64,000 nt of DNA, taken from Carcharhinus amblyrhynchos. Taxonomy: Eukaryota. The translations under genes were made by a program, and so were the position numbers. Of the stretch, positions 13,554-26,400 are shown in pieces. Positions within the stretch are counted from its first letter, which is position 1. Each line of letters opens with the position of its first letter. The notes under the pieces were generated by a model that made no database searches, had not been told where the DNA came from, and saw only the letters and a program-made list of their open reading frames with translations. The DNA lies in NCBI GenBank assembly GCA_965287045.1, contig OZ336883.1, positions 41,354,001-41,418,000 of the forward strand. The letters are read 5' to 3'.

Positions 13554-13761
13554 TCACGAATGTTGACTTCAGCATTCACAACAGGCAACATCCATCCCGT
13601 TAGTGCACCTCCAACACATTCTGACAAGATGACACAGAGTTCAGCAACAGGTTGTTGTGCAACACAGGCTCTGAATCAAGGCCGTCAGCAGTTGCCAAGC
13701 AACAGCATCCATTATGTTTCTCTCAAAGATGTGCCATCTGACTCCTCTGCAGCAGCACTGG
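13554..13761 (+). CDS. KIAA0586: TALPID3 coding exon (phase 0/1): SRMLTSAFTTGNIHPVSAPP...DSSAAALG
   Basis: Acceptor gtttgtcttttag|TCA, donor CTGG|gtgaga. Phase is compatible with both flanking exons. Weak similarity to recalled THFISAALKTSSFQPVSMP. Confidence 0.82.
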
Positions 13762-15704
13762 GTGAGAAGAGCAAGCAGTTTTATGTCAGATGGAGAAATA
13801 TTTTCTTTGTCGATTACAATTCTGTAGAATAAAAACAAATCTTTTGTGATGAAATTTCACTCAATGTTTCTTATGGCGACATTAACAGGAATTAGTTTTT
13901 TACCTGAATAAAAAGTATATAATAAATAATTTTGATTTGAAGTAAAAAGATTAGGAATCTTAAATATTTAATCTGGCATAAAAATGATGCACATTTTTGC
14001 AGTTGGGTTTAATTTCAAACCTGCTCTTTAAAATAATGCATTGATATCATATAGTACTGTCTGGAGTTAGATTTATGCAACACCACCAAGAAAATTAAAG
14101 AGAATTCATTTTGGCAGCTATGTTGGTCCAGAATTTCGGTGTACGTGTTAGGAGTAAAATTGTGGGCTCATTCTATAATATTGTATTATTTTTACCACTG
14201 AAGGCCAGTACGTTAATACTCTGAAGTAAATCTTTGGTTCTAAAACAATAAAAATATGCAGCATCATCTTATTTCCAGACCGAATAATCGTGCATTTATA
14301 ATCTCTGGGCTTTTGACCACGAGAATTTCTAATTCTGGTTGTAGGTATTATTAATGTTAAATTGATTTTGATGAACTTTTATTAGGGTTTTGAAAAGTTC
14401 TTAGAAATTTTATCAATCTGTCTTTCCAGGATTATGACACAAATAATATTTTAACATCATTGTCTCCACAGCATAAATGAATGCATGGTTATGATGAGCG
14501 AAGCACAACAAATTGCAAGATTTGATCTCAAAACATCAGCAAAAATCTAAAAATACCATACAATAAAAACTGAACTTAGTCACCGTAAATAAATCAATGC
14601 CCCGATCATGATGAATAATGAAAATTTAATATATTACCTGTTCCTAATCATCAACATAATCCAATATTCTCTTTAAAAATTGTTTTCATTATTATGGTTT
14701 AATGAGCATATTTTATCCGATGAGCTATGTTCTCAATTATGTTACAGAATCTTAAGCTCAACGTTTGTTTTAGAAGGTAAATATTGTTAACTCTTGTAGT
14801 AGTTACATCATACATTTTCACTATTGTGTTCATAAAATTTTTGGTAAAATTGTCTAACTGTAGCCAGTATAATTTCAGAATATCATAGTTTGGCTTATTC
14901 AGTTATGACTCTTATTTTCCATTCAGTTTATAAAGTTAATAGGAAACCTTAAAAATGAGTCAGTTATCGCACACCATTCTATCTTACTTCACCGAAAGAA
15001 TATTTTTAGTTTTATGCAATAGAGGGCACTATGGTTCTGTCTATTGATTTAGAAATTGGAATATTAGGTGGGATGATAATATTGTGCAATGTATTGTGCA
15101 ATCATAAAATCTCAGGTTTCTTTTTCATTGTGTCTCCCAAATTTAATTACTTTTGTTTTTCTGTTTAAGTGAATACGCGATAGATGTTACATCAATATTC
15201 TGATCTTTTTGTATATAAGCTGTCATTGGAGGATTTACACTCTTGCAGAGCTGCTTACCTGATGCTTTAGAGCTGCATGCCTACATGTCCATTTGAAATG
15301 ACACTTTATAAAGAGTAAGAATCTTGTAACATACTATCGTCACAATATAGGTGGTTAATAAATTAGAAGATTAAAGCTTTATGCAATTTATATGTATTTA
15401 TATTTACTCTAAATAATAGTAGCAGCAAAGTTTCGTAAACCAGGGAGAGAAGATATGTCAGCTGTTTGCAATTAAAATGTTGCCATAAGTAGAATTCTTA
15501 ATGCTTGCATTTATAATTTTTCTATAAATTCCAGCTAAGGTTTTTTTCCCATAACATTTTTGGGACCTTATTTTGAATTTGTAACTTCCATTCTGTATTG
15601 TTAGAATAGCCACGCAAGAAGTAAGCAGCGTGTAAGTTTAATACCAAGGATACACAGAACATCTTCAAAACCAAAAACCAAAATTTTTGAACAAGCTGAG
15701 TTCT

Positions 15705-16073
15705 GGCATTGGACTGGGGTAAACACAGTAAGGAGTCTCACAACACCAGGTTTAAAGTCCAGCAGGTTTATTTGGTAGCAAAGCCCAATAGCTTTCGCTG
15801 CCCCTTTGTCAGGTGAGTGGGAATTCTATTCACAAACAGGGCATACCTATACTTAATGCTATTTCCACTCACATTGTCTGCACCTTTAAGAATTGATAAG
15901 CTGTAAAGACTCGCATTCTAATCAGTATTCTGTAAACTGTGTGTGCCTTTATATGCTCTGTTTGTGATCAGAACTCTCCACTCACCTGACGAAGGGGCAA
16001 ACCCCAAAAGCTAGTGAGTTTACTATCAAATAAACTTGTTGGACTTTAACCAGGTGTTGTGAGACTTCTTACA
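15705..16073. mobile_element. Penelope-derived fold-back element with hammerhead-like motif
   Basis: Inverted arms cagtaaggagtctcacaacaccagg...ccaggtgttgtgagacttcttac. Motif cacCTGACGAaggggcaaacccc(a)AAAgctagtg at ~15983-16016. Confidence 0.75.
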
Positions 16074-16224
16074 GCATTTATTGCCCATCCCTAGTTGCCC
16101 TTGGAGGGCAGTTGAGAGTTAAGTCACATAACTGTGGCTGTGGAGTCACATGTAGCCCAGACCAGTTGAGGACTGCAGATTTCCTTCCCTGAAGAACCCA
16201 ATGGGTTTTTCTAACAATCGACAA

Positions 16225-18810
16225 AACTTGCACTCCATATGGTATCACAGGTAACTATCAATGGCTTTGTTGAATCAAAGTGTACAAGCAGTGCCAACAA
16301 CTGCAGGGCCTGCTTTACTTGTTGTTCCTTTTCCCATCTCCATCACTGCTGCTTCAAAAGCTGGTGAAGGGCCAAAGGGCCTGTTTGTGCTGTAGTGTTC
16401 TCTGTTCGAAGTGGGGTGAAGATTGTAGACACATTTTGTAAGAATCTGCCAAAATAATTCTTCATTCCAAGGAGTGATTTTAACTCATACGTTTTTAGGC
16501 TTGGGTGCTTCTTTAATGGCTTTAACTTTATCCTCCAAAGGATGGAAACCTTCAGCATCCACCCTGAGACCCAAATATGTAACTTCATCCACCTGGACAA
16601 TGCATTTCTTTCATTTCAAACGGCCATCTATTTTTTAAAAATCTTCTCAAACTTTCTCAAAGTTTGCCCTGTGTTCCTCAGGTGAGACTCCTATCATTAT
16701 GATGTCATCTAGATACACCTCTATGTTAAGAATGCCCTGTAATAAACTTTCTATTGTATGCTGAGAGATGGCAGAGACTGATGAAATTCCAGAGGGTAAA
16801 TGTGTATGCTGGTACAGCCCCTTCTGGGTGTTGATAGTAACTAACCTCTGGGACTCTTTATTCAACTCCAGCTACAGGTAAGCACGACTGATGTCTAACT
16901 TGGTGTACTTTAGACCCAGTGCTAATTTGGCATGGAGGCCCTCAATGGTATAGATAGGGTATTTTTCTATCTGAATTCTTTGATTTATAATTCCCACAGA
17001 TTCTTACAGTATATCTGGTTTGAGGATAGGGATTATGGTGCAGCCCACTCAGTGAACTGTACAGGTTTTAGAATAGCTAAATTTTCTGAACTCCTAAGCC
17101 CTACTTCAACCTTATGATGAAATGCATAAGGCACTGGCTTGGGCCTGAAAAAATGTTGGCATGGTATGGGAATCAAATAAATTTTGGCTTTAGCACCTTT
17201 ATTCGTCCCAGTTCCTATTAGAAAACCTCAGTTTTTTACAGCTCCTCATCCAGTTTTTTTAACAGAGTTAAACTAATCAGTTTTTTTCACATTTTTTGAT
17301 TTGATTTATTATTGCCACATGCATTAACATACAGTGAAAAGTATTGTTTCTTGCGCGGTATGCAAACTAAATATACTGTTCATAGAGAAGAAAACGAGAG
17401 AGTGCAGAATGTACTATTAGTCATAGCCAGGGTATAATGAAAGATCAACTTTAATGAAAAGAGAATGAAGTTTAAGAAGCATAGAACGAAAGTAAAAGAT
17501 AGAATTAGAAGGTATGCTGGGCACAGCTTGCAAGAAATCACCTGGCTCCGGTGCCATCTTGGTTACATCTGTCCTCATTGTTTCATCCTGCACAATGCTC
17601 GTAACTAATCCTTCTTATTGCATTGGTAACATACTTATTTTGTGGGAGTTCTCCCCTTTCTAGACTCTGCTGCGCCCTCACTCGGGCTGCACAGCAGCTG
17701 TTTTCTGCCACAAACTGTTTACCTCGTTGGGCATGTCTTGTGGCTTGTTTACGCTCTGGTCAGCTCCTTCAGTCTTCAGGGCCATCTCCACAGCTTTTCT
17801 AAAGAGAATTTGGCCTCAGCCAGTAACTTCTTTGATATTATGAAGCTGTTATTCCACAGACCAAATGGTCTCTTAACATCTCCCCTAAAGCTAGTGCTCT
17901 GCTAACCCTCTCAATCTGGCCATTAAACTTGAGATGGTCTCCTTTGGCTATTGGACTGTTGAATGATGTTTATACCACAGCATGATGATTGAAGTTCAGG
18001 GATTAAAATGGTTTTTGACCAACTCCCCTATCTGGTCAAAAGACTTTGGGCAGGATTTTCTGGCTGCGCTTGCCCCAAAACCAGAAAATCCCATCCAAGG
18101 TCAAAGGACCTTTGCATGGTCTGCCCCAGCCCACTATGATTCCCATGGCGAGCGGGATGGAAAAATTTCCCTCTTTGTGTCTGGAGCATCAGGTGATATT
18201 TGCTCCTCACTAGGCTGAAGGTTTGTAGGCCACGCACTGAGAGTAGAATCTTTTGTTTTTCCTCTGCTGAGATCTCATTAACTACAAAAAAAAATGCAGC
18301 CTTTCAATAAATTGCCCCCAGTTTTCCAATTCTGGGTCACATGGCACAATAATTCCAATTAAAGGCATTTTTATGTGGCATATGTTCCTTGCTTCATTAT
18401 TGTTTTGACACTCACTCTCCCTCTATCTGCACACTACGATCCCCCCGACAACTAATGAAACTCCTTGTCGCCAGTGTAATAATTTTGAAGGCAACTTGTC
18501 ATGGCTTCAAATTATAAAGGATTTATGACCAACAATATTTATAAGTACAAACAAGGATTTGATAGAACTGTTATACGCATCCACTTTCTTCTCCTCTCCG
18601 GCTCCAATTGAGGTTCCTCTCTAACCCAGGACATGCACCCTTGCATCCAATTGGCTTGGCTTTATGCGCTGCCTCTCCATAGCATTTGGCCTGATTGCAT
18701 GGCCCTCAGGGATGGTCTCTGCCACATGGTGCAAGCTTTTATATGCTCTATATAGCGGATATCTCACATGTTAACTCATTAATTTATCATGGACAATATT
18801 TGTAATCACA
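16225..18810 (-). mobile_element. Degraded Gypsy element: LTR ~18475-18810, PBS at 18463-18473, gag and RT remnants; interrupted by a Rex-type tail (~17296-17560) and a MITE-like insert (~18047-18171)
   Basis: ORF 16647-16865 reads INTQKGLYQ..LPSGISS..YLDDII; ORF 16343-16600 reads LKSLLG..NYFGRF. TGGCGACAAGG PBS abuts the LTR end. Confidence 0.75.
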
Positions 18811-18954
18811 AGCTGCTTTTCTGTAGTGAAAAATAGATTTTCATTTAAATGTAACTGAGAGATGTAGCAATTTCCTGCTTTTCTTCAGGATATCTGGCAA
18901 GTATGGCCTCAAGGCATCTGCTGACAAATCAAAAAATAAAAACAAAGTACTAGA

Positions 18955-19060
18955 ATCTGAAACAAGCAGAAAATGCTGGAAAATTTCAGCAAGTCCGACA
19001 GTATCTGTGGAGACAGAGTAGAGCCAACGTTTCGAGTCTGAATGACCCTTTGTCAAAACT
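18955..19060 (-). repeat. Short Penelope-type repeat with degenerate hammerhead core; relatives at ~2720-2795, ~39940-40000, ~40115-40160, ~44395-44495, ~50585-50700
   Basis: Minus strand reads tTGACAAagggtcattcagactcGAAACg..tctccacagatactg..cttgctga..ttccagcattttctg. The body recurs across the window. Confidence 0.6.
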
Positions 19061-19304
19061 CAAAAATAGGTCTAACCCTTAGTAATGACTTGAAATGGGC
19101 AATGTCATTGGCTGGACTTTTTTTTTTGAGGGGCACTTCATTCAGAGACTTTGTATTGGAGAACTGGACAGCCAGGGCAGGGTTTCAGCTCAAAGCAATT
19201 TTTTTGTAAACAAGGGGAGCTATGTTAGTTTCTTGATGCCTCAAGTAACCTCTGTTTAAAGAATGTTTAGCGAGAAAATGAGTGATGTCTTTATTTTTTA
19301 AATT

Positions 19305-21620
19305 TAATTTGATTTATTATAGCCAAATGTATTAGTATACAGTGCAAAATCTTGTTTCTTGCGTGCTATACAGTCAAAGCGTACCATACGTACATAGAGA
19401 AAGAAAAGACAGAGTGCAGAATGTAGTGTTACAATCATAGCTAGGGAGTAGAGAAAGATCAACTTAATACAAGGTAGGCCCATTCAAAACTCTGATGGCT
19501 GTGGAGAAGAAGCTGTTTTTGAGTCAGTTGGTATGCAACCCCAGACTTTTCTATCTTCTTCCTGACAGAAGAAGGTGGAAGATAGTATGTGTGGGGTGTG
19601 TGGGATCCTTGATTATGCTGGCTGCTTTTCTGAGACAGCAGGAAGTGTAGACAGAGTCATTGGATGGGAGGCTGGTTTGTGTGATGGACTGGAATTCGCT
19701 CATGACACAAATAAGAAATAGGAGCAGGAGTAGGCCATCCAGCCCCTCGAGCCTACACCGCCATTCAATAAGATCATGGCTGATCTGATAGTGGATCCAG
19801 TTCCACTCACCCACCCATCCCCCATAACTCTTAATTCCCTTATTGGTTAAAAATCTATCTGTGACAAACACATTTAACGAGATAGCCTCTACTGCTTCAT
19901 TGGGCAGAGAATTCCAAAGATTCACTACTCTCTGGGAGAAGAAGTTTCTCCTCAACTCTGTTCTAAGTTGACTCCCCCTGTATTTTGACTCCCCCCGTAT
20001 TATGCCCCCTAGTTCTTGTTTTCATTGTAAGTGGAAATAACCTCGCTGTTTCTACCCTGTCTAGCCCCTTCATTATAAGAACATAAGAACATAAGAAATA
20101 GGAGCAGGAGTAGGCCATCTAGCCCTTCGAGCCTGCCCCACCATTCAATAAGATCATGGCTGATCTGTCGTGGCTCAGTTCCACTTTCCCGCCCTCTCCC
20201 CATAACCCTTAATCCCCTCTGTTATCAAAAACCCATCAGCCCGCGTCTTAAAAATATTTAGCGAGGCAGCCTCCACCACTTCAACGGGCAGAGAATTCCA
20301 GAGATTATGTCTCTATAAAATCTCCCCTCAACCTTCTAAATTCCAATGAGTACAGGCCCAGTCTACTCAATCTCTCCTCATAAGCTAACCCCCTCATCTC
20401 CAGAATCAACCTGATGAACCTTCTCTGTACTCCCTCCAAAGCTGATATATCCTCTCTTACATAAGGGGACCAAAATTGTACACAGTACTCTAGGTGCGGC
20501 CTCAACAGTACCTTGTGCAGTTGCAGTACGACCTCCCTGCTTTTATACTCCATCCCTCTCGCGATAAAGGCCAACATTCTGTTTGCTTTCTTGATTACCT
20601 GCTGCACCTGCAAACTGAGTTTTTGCGATTCATGCACAAGGACCCCCAGGTCCCTCTGCACAGTAGCATGTTGTAATTTTTCGCTGTTTAAATAATAGTC
20701 CATTTTACTATTAATCCTTACAAAGTGGATAACCTCACACTTACCAACGTTATACTCCATCTGCCAGATCCTTGCCCACTCACTTAGCCTATCCAAATCT
20801 CTCTGCAGACTTTGTGTTCTCCATGCAATTTGCTTTCCCAATCATCCGCATCCGCAAACTTTGTTATCCTACACTCGGTCCCCTCCTCCGGATCGTCTAT
20901 GTATATGGTCAATAGTTGAGGCCCCAGCACTGATCCCTGTGGCACGCCACTAGTCACTGATTGCCAACCGGAAAAGCACCCATTTATTCTGAGTCTCTGC
21001 TTTCTGTTAGATAGCCAATCCTCAATCCACGTTAACACTTACCCCCAACTCCATGTACCTTTATCTTATACAGCAACCTTTTGTGAGGCACCTTATCGAA
21101 TGCCTTCTGGAAATCTAAATACACCACATCTGTCGGTTCCCTCTGTCAACCGCACTTGTTATATCCTCATAAAATTCCAGTAAATTAGTCAAACCTGACT
21201 TTCCCTTTATGAATCCATGCTGCGTCTGCTTATTGAATCATTCCATGACCCTTCGTAGTTTCTGGTGGTCTTGGACAGAATAGGAGCCATACCAAGTTGT
21301 GATATAACCAAAAAGAATGCTTTATATGGTGCATCTGTAAAAGTTGGTGAGTGGCATAGTGGACATGTCAAATTTCCTAGCCTCCTGAGAAAGTAGAGGC
21401 ACTTGGTGGGCTTTCTTAAAGATAGCATCAGCGTGGAGGGATCAGAACAGGTTGTTGGTGACTTGGACTCCCAGAAACTTGGAGCTGTTAACCATTTCCA
21501 CTTTGTCCTCAATGATGTAGTCAGGGACATGTCCCCCACTAAGCTTTCTGAAGTTAATAACTATCTCCTTCGTCTTGTTGACATCGAGGGAGAGATTATT
21601 GGCGTCGCACCATATGCACA
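19305..21620 (-). mobile_element. Rex1/Babar LINE fragment (19305-19705 + 21240-21620) interrupted by a CR1 (19710-21240), which carries a young CR1 3' end (20075-20305)
   Basis: Rex peptides (SIIKDPTHP..LLSGRR; LYFLRRL) flank CR1 RT ORFs 20305-21038. A second CR1 tail (ataagaac)n sits inside the first. Confidence 0.85.
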
Positions 21621-22863
21621 TGTTTTATGTGTCAAGATATGCAGACAAATCTATATTTTACTCGATAAACTATTCAGTGTTTCTGCATCTATCTTACCTA
21701 AATAAAACAATTTGTTGGTTTAAAAGTCAGAGTATTCAGGTTGATGACAGCAAATATCCAGTCTGCTTTCAAATAAAAGAGAATCATGTGGTAGGATGCA
21801 ATGCTTTCCAAGAGCTCATGTAAAGACTGTAGATCATAAATTCTTACAGCTCAGAAAGAAGTATTGAGTTCGTCATACCTATGATGACTGTTTTAAAGGC
21901 TATCTAATTAGTCCCATTCTCATGCTCTTTTCCCATAACTCTGTACCCAATTTCCTGTTAGTAATTACTATTCAGTCAGCTACTTCTGCTCTTTGAGGTA
22001 ATGCACTAAGATCATAATCATTTGCAATGTTGATTTTTTTAAAAAAAATCATCTTTCCTTTCCTCCCTTCGCTGGTTCTTTTGTCAGTTATCAAAAACCT
22101 ATATTCTGACCCACCTACCAATTTGAACGCTTCAATTAAATTGCCACCACCTTTACCATCTTTCAAGAATTGTACTGAGAATAATTGCAGATTGAAGTTT
22201 ATGTAAAATTTTGTTTACAAATCATCTAGTTGCTCCATAGGTAAAGGTGGAGAAGATCCCAAATTAACTAGTAATTTGAATATGAAGCTTTGTATCTTTA
22301 CTCTTCTGCAAACCTTAATAAGTTTAAATTGGGAATTAGAACAAGTAGTGATCTATCTTCAATCAATTAGCTACGATTCCTATTTTTAAGAGAACCATGA
22401 TTTTGAACATTGAGTACTTCTCTGAAAAGAAAATGAATTGTTTATAAATAAAACACTGTAGATCCTACATCGTTCATGTCTTAAGCATGCAGTGGCTTTG
22501 AAAACTGATCGTAATAGCGCCGAAACGCAAGTGTGAGGAAAAATGACTTCACAGTTGGTCTTGTTTCAATTTATCTTCAAATTTTGTCATTAATTTTTTT
22601 TATTTTTTCCCTCTCTACATTTCCCCTTTCCTTTTCTGAAATTGCTGACTCATATGGAAATATAGATCTGTTGATACTCCCTTTGTCATCCCTGTCAGGT
22701 AGTATCCTTATTGCATGGGCAATAATATTCTATTTGGGCTTAGTATTTAACAACTAAGATACGACAAACCACTTCCGTCCTCACTGACTGTTCACAGATG
22801 CTTACTTTCCAACATACATAAAAGGATAGAGATCAGGCTCAGAAAGCTTGGGTGATTTTTTTT

Positions 22864-23102
22864 TTGATGTAGAGATGCCAGCGTTGGACTGGGGTAAACA
22901 CAGTAAGAAGTCTCACAACACCAGATTTAAGTCCAACCAGTTTATTTGATAGTAATCCCACAAGCTTTCGGAAACGGTGTTCCTTTGTCAGGTGTGCGGA
23001 ACCTTCCACACATCTGACAAAGGAACACTGTTTTCGAAAGCTTGTGGGATTACTATCAAATAAATTGGTTGGTCTTAAACCTGGTGTTGAGACTTCTTAC
23101 TG
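22864..23102. mobile_element. Minimal Penelope-derived palindrome (two ~95-bp inverted arms, each with a hammerhead-like core)
   Basis: cagtaagaagtctcacaacacc...ggtgttgagacttcttactg, with CTGACAAaggaacac..ttcGAAAgcttgtg on both strands. Confidence 0.8.
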
Positions 23103-23295
23103 ATTTTTATTTTCCATTCTTGTTCCAGGGCACTAAAGCCAACTCTAGTGCAAACAATTGCAACTTTGATTGGGGGCACCTTTCTGTATGGTTAGTTTCC
23201 AGTTACCACTTGTATCAGTTTTGAACAAGAATACCTATGCAACAGAATTAAGTCAAAATTTATTAATTTTTCTCAAGTACTGACTTTAATTTCAG

Positions 23296-23472
23296 GCTGT
23301 CGAAGCCAACCTGTTACTGCTGGATTTGGCATGGAAAGTTCTCTGCAGACTCCTGCTCCTCGTAGGTTTGCCCCTGTACCAATGTCTAAGGATGTTCAAG
23401 TTCAGCAAAAGAAGATAAAGTCTGCTGTTCAGAAGGCCAAAGTGAATGCAGTGTCCACCCATAGAAATCGAG
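23296..23472 (+). CDS. KIAA0586: TALPID3 coding exon (phase 1/1): GCRSQPVTAGFGMESSLQTPAPRRFAPVPMSKD...HRNRG
   Basis: Acceptor tttaatttcag|GC, donor CGAG|gtatgg. Contains the conserved TALPID3 motif (SPLE)TPAPRRFAPVP(V/M)S(R/K)D. Confidence 0.92.
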
Positions 23473-26400
23473 GTATGGTTAAAAAAGAAGATCCGGTAGC
23501 CACTGTGTAAGTTATAAAAGTACATTTCATTGAAGGCACCAAAATTTGAATAGAAAATTAATCCCACAAATAATACTGTTTGATACGAGTTGATCTTTTC
23601 CGCCAGCATTAGTTGCCGTTGCCAGATTGATGCTGCTCAGGACTGTCATGAAGTTTCGTAGATATAAAGCATTAAGTTATTCAACAGTGCATTGCAAAAT
23701 AATGGTAAAAGTTCTAATGTGAATCATGGGAAATATTATTTCAGTTGTACTGTTACATAATATCAAGATTCCATTTCTAATGTTAAAACTCTGACTAATT
23801 TATCGGGAACAAATTCAGTTCTTGTTCATCAGGATTACAGAAAAGGCAATGCTAAACTGAAACCATAAGTAAGATGAGATTTTGGAACATTTTTAGGAAA
23901 CTCATACAACTAAAAAGAAAGGAGTAATACTTAACATTGAATTAGTAATGAAATATCCAGAGGCAGGTGTGTGTATGAAAGATTTGGAAACTTGATTGTT
24001 TTATTTTTATTTCATTAATGTGTTTTACAGCCTGCATGTTTTATGCTGCATTATAAACATGCTGAGTTGTCTTTTACTGTTGGGTAGGAGAAATTTACTG
24101 AAGATTAAATTTTTGTTTCTCTTCAATGAGGATGGTTTAGGACATCATACTTTATAATAGAGTCATACAGCACAGAAGGACTGCCGATGTACATTGGGTT
24201 TTCTTTGTGAAGCTAAGCCAACGTTTTTTCAGTCTCCAACCTTTGTTGACCCTTCAAAAGAGATATGCAGTTAGTTTCATTTCCTTGGCATTTATCCCTG
24301 TATTTTTTCTTTCTCGAGTATATAACTAGTTCCATTTTAAAAATGAAAAGTCTGCTTCCACAACCATTTCAGGCATTGCATTTCACACCATGGCATGTAT
24401 TCCAAGATCCAGCTTTTGGCCACGTCTCAATAGTTTTTTTCTTTGGCTCACTTTCTTTAAACTGCAGTGAAGCTGTTTGTTACAATATTTTTCTATGTTA
24501 ATTGCAAGTTGTTGCTGCTGTTTCCAGAGTTAAAAGAAAAAATTTAAATGTTAACATAAAAAAAATTTCAGGAAGTCATATTTGTGGAATTAAAAGTATG
24601 TCCTGGATACAATTATTTTAGTTTTATACCACGCAATACAGTATGTAATCTGTGATCTTAAATCTGTCTTTTTAACTAGATTTATAATTCAGTGAGCACC
24701 ATGTCCCAAATAGATAATGTTTAAATAAGCCAATTTATGGGCAGAACTTAATGGGGCTTGCTTGTCCGTCCATGACGCTGGGGACAGGTGCAGAGAAAAC
24801 TGGTCAGGAGTTCTCGCATTCAATTTTCAATAGTGGAAAAACTGTCCTGAAGTTAGTGGGGGTGGGAAAGATACCATGTGGTAAACATGCCTGGAATAGC
24901 AGGATGTCAATTAATGAGTTACTGGGTAACAAAAGAATCAACATTTCAAAAGAGTAAAATTTCTACATTTTGATGCACTGATTATAATGTTGTACCACAT
25001 GTAACTTCCATAGTAGATTCCCACTGGATATCTTTGTTGTATGATCTGCTCAGCACCAGGAAATGGTGAATTGTTGGCTTAGCATCACAAAGGAAATGTG
25101 ATATCTCATTTGCATCTCAATGTAGGCTGGTAATCAGCAGTCTTAATCCATTCATGTTTCATCAGTCAGTCCAAATTAATTAATAATTAATTTGATATTT
25201 ACAGTTGGCTCCTGACATGACATTATTCTTATAGCTGTCAGATAATATTTTGAAGGGTTAACCCATGAACAGATTATGTGCTTTGAGAATTAAGAGAATG
25301 TAAAACTTGAATTTTCCTCCTACAGTGATATACCAGGATTTTTGTATTGTGGCCACCGCGCTTCAGTTGTGTGGCTTTCCAAAGAAAATAAATTCTCAGA
25401 TCTTTTGGGTTTAATCTAATTGGAAATAAGTTTTGAGTACATGCATTGTTCTCACATAGTGAGATAAACTGACAAGCATCAAATCTTAAAGTGTGAATGT
25501 ATAGTCTTATTATCTATGTGGACAAAAATGCTTACCAGCCCTCCTGATGTTTGGAATCATCAAATCAGTGGTTGCAAATTCTAATTGTCCACGAGTCTAT
25601 ACTTATGGAAAATATCAATGGGTAGGGTGAACTCTTTCAGTAATCCATTGCTCTAGGTGTTGCGTGTGCATACATGGCTTTCCTCGTAATGCAGAATGCC
25701 ACCACAACAAAATATTAATTTAATCGTAAGTATTTGAGTGCAGTGTAAATGCAACATATGCATGCTTGGCACAGTTTGTACCATCCTCTTACCTGGGTTA
25801 GGAGTGCAGGTTTCAACTCTTTAATGAGATTTCAGATCATATTTGAATTCAGAATTGATTAATTCAAAAGGAGGGAACCCTGAGTTGGTGTGGTAAAAGC
25901 CTTCATGTTGCAGCACGTTTAACAGATCAAGACATTGTTCGGTTTCTTTTAAAAGATACTTTTGGCATGATTACCAAGCCCTGGAATAAGCTACTTGGCA
26001 TTTGATAATTCTACAGGATTTTGTTTTCTGTCTAAGCTATGTTTTCATTTTATCTGACCTTAATACTGACAGCAAGTGAGGTGATTTTCTTGGCTCTCAA
26101 AGTATGGTTGCAAGTAGTCACCTGAGTGAAATCCAACTTTAAGTTTCATCCAGTATATTTCATGTCACCATATAAAATTATTTATACTGAGAGCCTTTCG
26201 AGCAGTTAGCAGCTTACTCATGTTTGAACTATTGCTGCCCTAAGAGACACATTGATTACCAGGAAGTTGACTTGAACCAATACAATATTGCTGCAAGAAA
26301 TCCCAGTGTTCTCCAAGTACTTTATTTGACATGTGCAGTGTCATATATACCTTCCAGTTTGAGTTAACAAGTGGGACTACAATCATATTCTGCCTGGATC

